Source: Gammaproteobacteria bacterium (GTDB taxonomy: Bacteria > Pseudomonadota > Gammaproteobacteria > UBA9214). From it: 45,434 bases of DNA. The first letter of the stretch is position 1. The number at the start of each line of letters is the position of its first letter. Both the position numbers and the translations under genes were made by a program. This document shows positions 23,111 through 30,943 of the stretch, one piece after another. The stretch is taken from NCBI GenBank assembly GCA_049664445.1, contig JBATFE010000064.1, positions 1 through 45,434 on the forward strand, read 5' to 3'. The notes under the pieces were generated by a model that had not been told where the DNA came from, ran no database searches, and was given only the letters and a program-made list of their open reading frames with translations.

Positions 23111-23199
23111 CTTGCGGTAGGGGCGCCGTCCCCGGCGCGAATCGGTAATACTTGTCGCCATAAGATCAATCGCGTCGGGGACGGCGCTCCTGCCGCAGG
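23111..23199 (+). repeat. REP-like inverted repeat pair forming a ~29-bp stem with a 31-nt loop in the glmS 3' region
   Basis: Arm A (23114-23139, gcggtaggggcgccgtccccggcgcg) matches the reverse complement of arm B (23171-23196) at 23 of 26 positions. All three mismatches are G-U wobbles on the + strand RNA. Pairing extends 3 more bp outward. Each arm also holds its own small hairpin (GCGCCG-tccc-CGGCGC). Confidence 0.55.
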
Positions 23200-23257
23200 A
23201 TTCCCGCGCACGACAAAAGCCCTGCACAGACTAAGCATTTGATATTTAAAGTATAGT

Positions 23258-23286
23258 TTGCGCCGGATCAGGCATTGTGGTAGAAT
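23258..23286 (+). promoter_or_regulatory. Candidate sigma70 promoter TTGCGC-17 nt-(TGg)TAGAAT for the small Cys-containing ORF
   Basis: -35 at 23258-23263. Extended -10 with TG at 23278-23279 and TAGAAT at 23281-23286. Confidence 0.35.
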
Positions 23287-23344
23287 TCCATGTTTTACTG
23301 AATAGAGCCCGTTTGTTGCTATCGGGCAACACAGGAGTAGAGAT

Positions 23345-23614
23345 TTGGACACGGATTCAATGTTTTACTGCGTTCCCCAGCAGGCCTACATGAGTGTCAC
23401 CACTTGCAAGAACCTGCGCGAACGCCCGGTTGGCAAGGCACCCGCAGGCGCCCCGCCGAAGCTGATTGCCTGCGAAAAGTGTCAGATGCACCCGCTGGTC
23501 GATATGGCCCAGATACCGGTGGTGACCCTGGAGGCCTACCTGGGAGGCTCCAAGCCAAGAACCGTCAACCTGAATTCCCCGAAGAACAGGAAATTACTGG
23601 CACAGGTCGCCTGA
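23345..23614 (+). CDS. Small hypothetical protein of 89 aa with 4 Cys including a CxxC
   Basis: TTG start at 23345 sits 7 nt after AGGAG (23333-23337). There is an alternative in-frame ATG at 23360. Cys residues at positions 9, 21, 43 and 46 (ACEKCQ). No family recognised. Confidence 0.45.
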   Translation: MDTDSMFYCVPQQAYMSVTTCKNLRERPVGKAPAGAPPKLIACEKCQMHPLVDMAQIPVVTLEAYLGGSKPRTVNLNSPKNRKLLAQVA

Positions 23615-23621
23615 TTACGTC

Positions 23622-24080
23622 TCAGTGCGTGTGATTGTTCCAGCTATCGACGCGCCGCCGGTTCTTGTGTGACCGGCGGTCAGGCTTGTCCATCTCAAAA
23701 CGTACCTCAACGCGGCGCTCTTCAAACTTGCGCCGATGCTGTGTGCGTCTGTTTTTCAGGCCCTTGAACTGACAGTTACACATGGCGGAAGTGCAGCCCT
23801 CCAGTGGCAGCCGCGGCGCTTCCTCAAAGGTATATTGCTGGTCCAGTAACGCCATCGCCGCTTCACAGCCAGGCTGGCCCATTTCCACACCCCAGAAGAG
23901 GGGGTTATTTTTTAATTTTTCCAGGCCGCCGAGGTGCGCCCGGGGGTCATCGCTGGCCTCGAGTTCCACGTATTTATGCAAACCGGTGCGGCGGTGGCCA
24001 ACGGGCTGCCTGCTACGAACCATCCATATCAGCCCGGCAACGATACCGACGATCAGCAGCAGAATCAGAATGGTTGTCAT
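23622..24080 (-). CDS. Hypothetical membrane-anchored protein with a highly basic C-terminus
   Basis: N-terminal TM helix MTTILILLLIVGIVAGLIWMV, a Cys cluster CTSAMCNC, and an Arg/Lys/His-rich tail (RRTQHRRKFEERRVEVRFEMDKPDRRSHKNRRRV). No family recognised. Confidence 0.5.
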   Translation of the reverse strand: MTTILILLLIVGIVAGLIWMVRSRQPVGHRRTGLHKYVELEASDDPRAHLGGLEKLKNNPLFWGVEMGQPGCEAAMALLDQQYTFEEAPRLPLEGCTSAMCNCQFKGLKNRRTQHRRKFEERRVEVRFEMDKPDRRSHKNRRRVDSWNNHTH

Positions 24081-24270
24081 GGATGCTCCATCATCAGTCC
24101 ATCTTTCCAGCAGGCAATAAGCAATGGGTTTCCCGGGAAATTATATGACCAGAAAAAATCCCCGTAGCCATGCGCACAATATGTATCAGAATCATTCCCC
24201 TATCGCAAGATATACCCAAAGTGTATGGCATATGGCCGGAGAATACCGGCACACGGTCACAGCGGCGATT

Positions 24271-24279
24271 TGCTAGAAT
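24271..24279 (+). promoter_or_regulatory. Candidate extended -10 element TGcTAGAAT immediately upstream of the uvrD ATG
   Basis: TG at 24271-24272 and TAGAAT at 24274-24279. The ATG at 24288 is only 9 nt downstream, and no Shine-Dalgarno lies in between. Confidence 0.3.
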
Positions 24280-24287
24280 CGCCTGCC

Positions 24288-26459
24288 ATGGATGTCTCCC
24301 GAATTATCGAATCACTGAATGACGCCCAGCGACAGGCGGTGTGTGCGCCCGCGGACCCCTTGCTGGTACTGGCCGGTGCCGGCAGTGGCAAGACACGGGT
24401 GCTGGTACACCGTATTGCCTGGCTGATCGATGTCGAGGGCCTGTCGCCGTATGCGCTGCTTGCGGTGACCTTTACCAACAAGGCTGCCGGTGAAATGCGT
24501 GCCCGCATCGAGACCATGATCAATGCGCCGGCATCCGGCATGTGGGTCGGTACCTTTCACGGGCTGGCGCACCGCCTGTTGCGCAGTCACTGGCAGGAAG
24601 CGGGATTGCCACAGGGTTTCCAGATTCTGGATTCACAGGATCAACTGCGGCTGGTGAAACGTGCCATGCAGGGCATGGACCTGGATGAGGCGAAGTGGCC
24701 ACCGAAACAGATGCAGTGGTTTATCAACAGCTGCAAGGATGAAGGCCGTCGACCACAACATATCGAACACCGCAATGACCCTTACCTGAAGCGCCAGCTG
24801 GAGATCTACGCCGCCTATGAGGCGCTCTGCCAGCGCGCCGGGCTGGTCGACTTTGCCGAGTTGTTATTGCGCTCCCACGAGCTGTGGCTGAAGCACCCGG
24901 CGTTGCTGGACCACTACCGGCAGCGTTTTCACCATATCCTGGTGGACGAGTTCCAGGACACCAATGCCGTGCAGTATGCCTGGTTGCGCATGCTCGCCGG
25001 TGATGCCGCCAATATCACGGTCGTCGGTGATGATGACCAGTCAATCTATGGCTGGCGCGGCGCGAAGGTCGAAAACATCCTCAGCTACCAGAAAGATTTT
25101 AAAAATACGCGTGTCGTCCGGCTGGAACAGAATTACCGTTCCACGGCCAATATCCTCAATGCCGCCAATGCCGTGATCGAAAACAATGCCGATCGCATGG
25201 GCAAGCAACTGTGGACGGACGACAACGACGGTGAGCTGATCCAGCTCTATACCGCCTACAATGAACAGGATGAAGCGCGTTTTGTGGTCGGCCGTATTGA
25301 AGACAGCATTGACAAGGGCGGTGTCCGCAGCGATGTCGCGATCCTGTATCGATCCAATGCCCAGTCACGCGTGTTTGAAGAGCGCCTCATGCAATGCGGT
25401 ATTCCCTACCGTGTCTACGGCGGTCTGCGGTTTTTCGAACGCGCGGAAATCAAGGATGCGCTCGCCTACCTGCGGCTGATACGCAACCGTGATGATGATG
25501 CGTCCTTTGAACGGGTGGTCAATCAGCCGCCGCGTGGCATTGGCGGACGTACCGTTGAAGCCATTCGCCAGCAGGCCAGGGATGACAACAGTTCCCTGTG
25601 GCAGGCGGCCATTACCGTGGTCAACGAGAAACTGATCGCGGCGCGCGCCAGTAACGCCATCCTGGTGTTCCTGCAACTCATTGATGAACTGTCTGCAGGG
25701 GTCGGCAAGCTGCCACTGGGTGAGCAGGTCGAACACGTCATGCACCCCAGCGGTCTGCTCGATCACTTTGCACGTGAGAAGGGTGAGAAGGGGCAGACAC
25801 GCCTGGAAAACCTGCAGGAGCTGGTGAATGCTGCCCGGGAATACGAGGCGGACCCGGATAGCGGCATGGATGCCATGTCCGAGTTTCTTGCACACGCCTC
25901 GCTGGAAGCGGGCGAGGGACAGGCGGATGCCTGGGAAGACTGTGTGCAGTTGATGACGCTGCATTCTGCCAAGGGACTGGAGTTTCCGCTGGTATTTTTA
26001 TGCGGCATGGAAGAAGGCCTGTTTCCGCACCAGCGTTCCGTTGCCGATCCGGGGAAGCTGGAGGAAGAGCGCCGCCTTTGCTACGTCGGTATTACCCGCG
26101 CACGACAACAGCTGGTGCTGAGTTGTGCTGAACGGCGGCGCCTGTTCGGTTCCGAGACCTATTGCCTGCCGTCGCGCTTTATCGATGAGATTCCCAAGGC
26201 ACTCATTGACGAGGTCCGCCCGCGTCCCGGTGTCAGCATGCCACGCGAGTCGCGGCCGGCTGCACCGTTTACCCAGCGCACCGCCACGGCGGGTGGCTTG
26301 CGCCTCGGGCAGCATGTTCGTCACCAGAAATTCGGTGACGGCGTGATCACCAACTGCGAGGGTCAGGGCAGCCATGCCCGCGTGCAGGTCAATTTCTCAA
26401 GCGCCGGCAGCAAGTGGCTGGTACTGGCCTATGCCAACCTGGAAAACGTCGGTGCCTGA
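24288..26459 (+). CDS. uvrD: DNA helicase II (UvrD)
   Basis: From ATG 24288 the N-terminus MDVSRIIESLNDAQRQAVCAP...LVLAGAGSGKTRVLVHRIAWL parallels E. coli UvrD as I recall it. 723 aa. SF1 motifs are present (DEFQDTN, TLHSAKGLEF, YVGITRA). The tracked start at 24225 was rejected. Confidence 0.95.
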   Translation: MDVSRIIESLNDAQRQAVCAPADPLLVLAGAGSGKTRVLVHRIAWLIDVEGLSPYALLAVTFTNKAAGEMRARIETMINAPASGMWVGTFHGLAHRLLRSHWQEAGLPQGFQILDSQDQLRLVKRAMQGMDLDEAKWPPKQMQWFINSCKDEGRRPQHIEHRNDPYLKRQLEIYAAYEALCQRAGLVDFAELLLRSHELWLKHPALLDHYRQRFHHILVDEFQDTNAVQYAWLRMLAGDAANITVVGDDDQSIYGWRGAKVENILSYQKDFKNTRVVRLEQNYRSTANILNAANAVIENNADRMGKQLWTDDNDGELIQLYTAYNEQDEARFVVGRIEDSIDKGGVRSDVAILYRSNAQSRVFEERLMQCGIPYRVYGGLRFFERAEIKDALAYLRLIRNRDDDASFERVVNQPPRGIGGRTVEAIRQQARDDNSSLWQAAITVVNEKLIAARASNAILVFLQLIDELSAGVGKLPLGEQVEHVMHPSGLLDHFAREKGEKGQTRLENLQELVNAAREYEADPDSGMDAMSEFLAHASLEAGEGQADAWEDCVQLMTLHSAKGLEFPLVFLCGMEEGLFPHQRSVADPGKLEEERRLCYVGITRARQQLVLSCAERRRLFGSETYCLPSRFIDEIPKALIDEVRPRPGVSMPRESRPAAPFTQRTATAGGLRLGQHVRHQKFGDGVITNCEGQGSHARVQVNFSSAGSKWLVLAYANLENVGA

Positions 26460-26619
26460 TCACGGACACGGTCTGCACCTGCAGCTGCACAAACTGGCGT
26501 AGCAGCGCTTTGCATGCGCGTTTCATTTTCCTGGCCATTCAGGCTGGGTACCGGGATCAAGCCGCTGCTTGCCATACCGAAGCAGGTATTCTGCAGATAC
26601 AGGGGCATAAAGGGGGAGG

Positions 26620-27585
26620 GTGTCATTCACTGTGAACAGTTTGCTGCCCAGGGGTATGGCCCTGCATCTTGTGCTGCTGCTGGCCATGGTGCCGGCCAGT
26701 TCGTCATTTGCAACGACATCAGAAGGCAAGCAAGCGGACACTGTCGCAGCGGCCGGCTTGAACTGGCGTAGCCTCGAGTTGCAGGACTCCGGGTTGACCG
26801 GTTCGGTGACCACCCGAATCGAGCTGGGAACATACCCGGAGGCAGAGGTGCAATCCGTCCTCGTTGACGCACCGGACACGGTGTCGCAACGGGCCGCAGG
26901 CACCCGCCTGGTGGAACTGGGGGTCGCCAGCTCGATTCGCTCCTTGCCGGGTGTCAGGATCGAAAACCAGACGCGTCTCTGGTTCAATGCCGATGACGGC
27001 TTGCCGATCCAGCTGATGCGGCTACGTCTGGGGAGCAAACCCTCACAAAAACTCTACCGCTTTGGCAGCCGCCAGGTCTACCGGCAGCGCAGGCAGCCGG
27101 CGGACAAGGCGGAGAGGGAGCAGCCTGCCGGGCACTGGCGCGAGGTCAGTGAAGCCTATTATCCCTTGCCGGGTCAGGACGAAGCATGCCCGATTATCCT
27201 GGAATCATCACAACTGCTCTATGTGTTATCCCGCCAGGACACCGTACTCAGCGAGAGTGGCGGAGAGTTTTGCGTATTCGACCGCAAGCAGGTCTACCGG
27301 GTGGGATTCCGGGTGCTGGGGCGGGAGCCGCTTGCTGTCGATTACCTGCAGCTCGGTGACAATCAGGAAACCCGGGTGAAACGCACGCTGCAGGCTTCAC
27401 GTGTTGCACTCACCAGCCGACCGCTCGAAGGGGCAGCAGGTGATATGCAGCCGTTTTCGTTTCTTGGCCTCGATGACGACATTGAACTGCTGCTCTCGGA
27501 ACCCGGCCGTATCCCGCTTCGAATCCGTGGCCAGGTGTCAGGGTTCGGGACCATTGACCTGGAGTTGAAAAAGCTGGCGCGGTAG
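26620..27585 (+). CDS. Hypothetical exported protein
   Basis: Signal-peptide-like N-terminus (LLPRGMALHLVLLLAMVPASSSFA|TT). The start is ambiguous among GTG 26620, GTG 26632 and ATG 26656, downstream of a GGGGGAGG run. The remainder looks beta-rich. No family recognised. Confidence 0.6.
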   Translation: MSFTVNSLLPRGMALHLVLLLAMVPASSSFATTSEGKQADTVAAAGLNWRSLELQDSGLTGSVTTRIELGTYPEAEVQSVLVDAPDTVSQRAAGTRLVELGVASSIRSLPGVRIENQTRLWFNADDGLPIQLMRLRLGSKPSQKLYRFGSRQVYRQRRQPADKAEREQPAGHWREVSEAYYPLPGQDEACPIILESSQLLYVLSRQDTVLSESGGEFCVFDRKQVYRVGFRVLGREPLAVDYLQLGDNQETRVKRTLQASRVALTSRPLEGAAGDMQPFSFLGLDDDIELLLSEPGRIPLRIRGQVSGFGTIDLELKKLAR

Positions 27586-27633
27586 GCAGGGCTTGCAGGC
27601 ATTGTTGCAGGGACATGGGGGTGTTCATGCGCC

Positions 27634-29007
27634 TCATCTTGCAGGCGGGTCTATGCGGTACACGTGGCGTGACGTCTGCCGGATTCGTATACCACTGAAG
27701 CGTCCGGTCAATGCCCCGAGGCGGTCGATACGCCGCTGTAGCTCCATGATGCTGATGGGGGGAAAGCGGTGGTCGTGATAGCGCACGTTGTTACGGTGAC
27801 CCGGGCGATGCATGTTGATGCGCTTCTTCACGGTGCGTATTCTGGTGTGCAGCCATCCCTGCAAATAACCGGACAGGGGCACTGGTGGCGGCTGCCGTTG
27901 ATCATATCCCGCGGCGACCAGCACGCCCACCATGCGTTCCGCCGCAAACGGACCGCTCAAGGCCGCGATGTTACGGGCCAGCAACTGTTGCTGCTGTTCC
28001 GGCTGTCCTGCGCCGGGATCGTCGCCCGTCAGGAGTGCGTTCAGGGTGCTAATGACGTCATCAATGCGCACGGCGGGATAACCGAACTGCTGGGGCAGGG
28101 GATCCTCGAGTCCGGGCTCGGACACGGGTTTGAAGTTGACGGCGGGCAGCCCCAGCACGGCCGCTTCTATGAGGGTGGTGCAGCCATTGGCCACCAGCGC
28201 GCGTGCAGCCAGCAGCCACGGAACCACACTGCCCTCGTTGATCACGTGCAGATTGGGATGCTCAGCTGCTATTGCCTGCCAGGGCTCATGGCTCTCGGAC
28301 GGATGCGGACGCAGCACGATCGCCTGTTGCGGAAAGGCCTCGCAAAGGACCGGCAGCATGGAGAGAAAGGCTTCGAACAAGCGGACCTTCATGCGACCCC
28401 GACCCACATCGAAGGGATTATCCGCATCCGGACCCCGCCCCTCGACAGCCGCCTTCATCTCGCCGAGGTCGGAGTAGAAGTGATTGATCTGGCCGAAATT
28501 GGTATTGATGAGCAGAAAGTCCCCGTAGCGTTCCCTGATACGCTCTGCGTCCGGGCGGTAAAATTCGCGCAGTTCAGGCCGCATCAGGTCTACCCGGGGA
28601 TTGCCCGTGATATGGATGGGCGCGCCATGGTAATGAGGATACTGTCGCAGGGCATTGGCGTTGTCCTCGCCCCATGCCATCAGGTGAGCGACCTGGCGAA
28701 TCGCCGTCGGCGAGAGCCTGCGCCGGTAATACTCCTCGCCCGCGAAACGTACCAGCCCTTCCTCGTCCCAGGCCACGATCTCGTGTCCCAGCTCGCGCAG
28801 GATGCGGAACATGCGGTTGCTCAGCTTGCGCATACTCTTGGCCAGATAGACCCCTCGCGGGATGGAGGCCACCCGGTAATGGACGAAGGCGCGTGAGCCC
28901 AGCACGACGGGGAAGCCGCGCTCCGCGGCGACGCCGGAGAGAAACAGTTTGGCATCCAGCTCGCGGACCTGGTTTTCCACGGGGATGATCAGGGTCGAGG
29001 CGCTCAC
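27634..29007 (-). CDS. Uncharacterised surface-carbohydrate biosynthesis protein, candidate sialyl/nonulosonate (or Kdo-type) transferase
   Basis: A GTG at 29007 overlaps the neuA stop (GTGA) and lies 5 nt after GGAG, so it is preferred over the tracked start at 29040. The protein carries a D/E-D/E-G-type motif (WDEEG, nt 28756-28767) about 150 aa before an HP motif (VLRPHPSE, nt 28300-28305). Bacterial sialyltransferases show these two short motifs in this order. No other family signature recognised. Confidence 0.6.
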   Translation of the reverse strand: MSASTLIIPVENQVRELDAKLFLSGVAAERGFPVVLGSRAFVHYRVASIPRGVYLAKSMRKLSNRMFRILRELGHEIVAWDEEGLVRFAGEEYYRRRLSPTAIRQVAHLMAWGEDNANALRQYPHYHGAPIHITGNPRVDLMRPELREFYRPDAERIRERYGDFLLINTNFGQINHFYSDLGEMKAAVEGRGPDADNPFDVGRGRMKVRLFEAFLSMLPVLCEAFPQQAIVLRPHPSESHEPWQAIAAEHPNLHVINEGSVVPWLLAARALVANGCTTLIEAAVLGLPAVNFKPVSEPGLEDPLPQQFGYPAVRIDDVISTLNALLTGDDPGAGQPEQQQQLLARNIAALSGPFAAERMVGVLVAAGYDQRQPPPVPLSGYLQGWLHTRIRTVKKRINMHRPGHRNNVRYHDHRFPPISIMELQRRIDRLGALTGRFSGIRIRQTSRHVYRIDPPAR

Positions 29008-29717
29008 CCTGGCTCCTGTTGCAGCAGGAATTCCGCCCACGCCAGGTCGAGCGGCTCATCGATATTGACCACCGGGCGCTCTATGGGGACGGCGAGGGTA
29101 TCGTCCTGAATGATACTGCCCTGGTCCAGCAGGCCTTCCCGGGTCACCGCGTAAGCCAGACCGTTGCGGTAGTAATAGGCGCCGATCATCTGCCGGGAGG
29201 TGTAGCGCAGACCCTCTGCCAGGTAGGGTTTCAGATGGCCCTGGTCATCGATACAGAGGGTTCGTTCGGGGGTAAAGTGGGCCGGCGTCTGGCTGACCGT
29301 AACCGCAGAGCTGTTGCCGCTGTCTACCAGCAGGCGCACCGTCTTCAGGACATCATCCGGGCATCGCAGTGGACTGGTGGGTTCCAGCAGCACCGAGATA
29401 TCGATGCGGGTGCCGTAAGCCGCCTCGCTGGCATGCCAGGCATGCTGCCACATGTCCACGGCCGTGGCGCGGTCACCGGCCAGTTCCGGCGGGCGCATAA
29501 AGGGCACCTGCAGGCCATAGCGGCGACCCTCGGCCGCGATCTCCTCATCGTCTGTCGAGAGGATGCTGAAGTCCAGCCAGTCCAGCCCGGCCACCACATC
29601 GGCGGCCCGCGCAATCAGGGAGCGGCCGCCTATCCTCGACAGGTTCTTGCGCGGAATGCCCTTGCTGCCGCCGCGGGCGGGGATCACCGCGAGCACGGTT
29701 TTGTTCTCAAAACTCAT
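29004..29717 (-). CDS. neuA: Acylneuraminate cytidylyltransferase (CMP-sialic acid synthetase)
   Basis: N-terminal signature VLAVIPARGGSKGIPRKNL. About 237 aa, a CTP_transf_3-like layout. Confidence 0.9.
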   Translation of the reverse strand: MSFENKTVLAVIPARGGSKGIPRKNLSRIGGRSLIARAADVVAGLDWLDFSILSTDDEEIAAEGRRYGLQVPFMRPPELAGDRATAVDMWQHAWHASEAAYGTRIDISVLLEPTSPLRCPDDVLKTVRLLVDSGNSSAVTVSQTPAHFTPERTLCIDDQGHLKPYLAEGLRYTSRQMIGAYYYRNGLAYAVTREGLLDQGSIIQDDTLAVPIERPVVNIDEPLDLAWAEFLLQQEPG

Positions 29718-29989
29718 CTGTAGCTACCCGTAGCCATGTAGAGACTGTTGCACGTGCAATGATACGCTCTTTGGTCAACCGACCGCTCCAGGAAGAGAGC
29801 ACTGATGCAAGCAGCATTCCTGTATCCTTGCCACTGGTCATGTTCAAGCAACTCTCGTCAGGTGTAAACTTGGCGCACCCGGGTACATTCAGGCTGTCCC
29901 CGCCTTGACCAGGGCGGATGAAGCAGCATACAACACCGGGTCAACCATCCCGTGGATGGTACATGCAAGCTATCAACAAAGGCTCAGCT

Positions 29990-30934
29990 ATGACAATCAA
30001 GGTTGTATTCACCGGTCCACAGGAGGCGACGGCCTGGCTGGAAGAGGTGCTCGGCAGCGGTTTCGCCGTGATTCATGTCGCGGCGGAGCCGGAATCGGTC
30101 GCCCGTGGACTGCAGCAGGCGGATGTCTTTCTCGACGCCTCCATGAAGGTCCCGTTGACCGCTGCCATGATCAATGCAGCACACTCACTGCAACTGCTCA
30201 TTACCGCGACCACCGGGGCAGATCATATCGATACACAGGCGCTCGAGGCCCGTGGCATCCCGCTGAAAACACTGCGCGGGCAGGGCGAGTTTCTGCGCAA
30301 CATCACGCCGGCAGCGGAGCTGACCTGGCTGTTGCTGATGACCTGTGCCAGGCGTCTGCGTGGCGCCATCCAGCATGTGCAGGGTGGAGGCTGGGACCGC
30401 CAGCAGTTTCCCGGCATGATGCTGCATGGCCGCACGCTTGGCCTCATCGGTTGTGGCCGCATCGGCACCTGGGTATCCCGCTATGGCCAGGCCTTCGGGA
30501 TGCAGACGATCGGTTACGATCCCTTTTTGCAGCAGTTCCCGGAGACCATTGAGCAGCGCACCCTGGAGCAGGTGTTTTCCGAGGCCGACTTCGTGGCACT
30601 GACACTGACCTTCAGTGAAGCAACCCGGGGGCTGGTCACTGCCACGGAGCTGCAGCAGATGAAGCCGGGCGCGGTGCTGATCAACACATCACGGGGCGCC
30701 ATCGTGCGCGAACAGGACCTGCTGGAGGGTTTGCAGCAGGGGCGGCCGGCGTTCTACGGTACCGATGTCCTCGAAGGTGAACCCGATATCGGGCAGAGCC
30801 CCATCTGGCAATACGCCCGGGATCACGACAATGTCGTCATCACGCCGCATATCGGGGGATTCAGCCCCGACGCCCTGAAGCGGGTATTGCGCTTCACGGC
30901 GGAACGTATCGTCGCGTTTCTCGACCAGGGTTGA
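29990..30934 (+). CDS. D-isomer-specific 2-hydroxyacid dehydrogenase family protein, NAD-binding
   Basis: GRTLGLIGCGRIGTWVSRYGQAFGMQTIGYDP (GxGxxG plus the acidic end of beta-B) and the catalytic-His region VVITPHIGG. The ATG at 29990 (MTIKVVFTG) is preferred over the tracked 29918. Confidence 0.85.
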   Translation: MTIKVVFTGPQEATAWLEEVLGSGFAVIHVAAEPESVARGLQQADVFLDASMKVPLTAAMINAAHSLQLLITATTGADHIDTQALEARGIPLKTLRGQGEFLRNITPAAELTWLLLMTCARRLRGAIQHVQGGGWDRQQFPGMMLHGRTLGLIGCGRIGTWVSRYGQAFGMQTIGYDPFLQQFPETIEQRTLEQVFSEADFVALTLTFSEATRGLVTATELQQMKPGAVLINTSRGAIVREQDLLEGLQQGRPAFYGTDVLEGEPDIGQSPIWQYARDHDNVVITPHIGGFSPDALKRVLRFTAERIVAFLDQG

Positions 30935-30943
30935 TGCCGCGCA

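Noticed and set aside
24175-24189. Possible LexA/SOS box upstream of uvrD (CACAATATGTATCAG).
   Set aside because: It does not fit CTGT-N8-ACAG on either strand. One arm is missing.
24288-26459. UvrD-family helicase considered as part of a defence system with the neighbouring orphan genes.
   Set aside because: Its length (723 aa) and its N- and C-termini follow housekeeping UvrD closely. The neighbours carry no nuclease, ATPase or other defence-type motifs that I can see.
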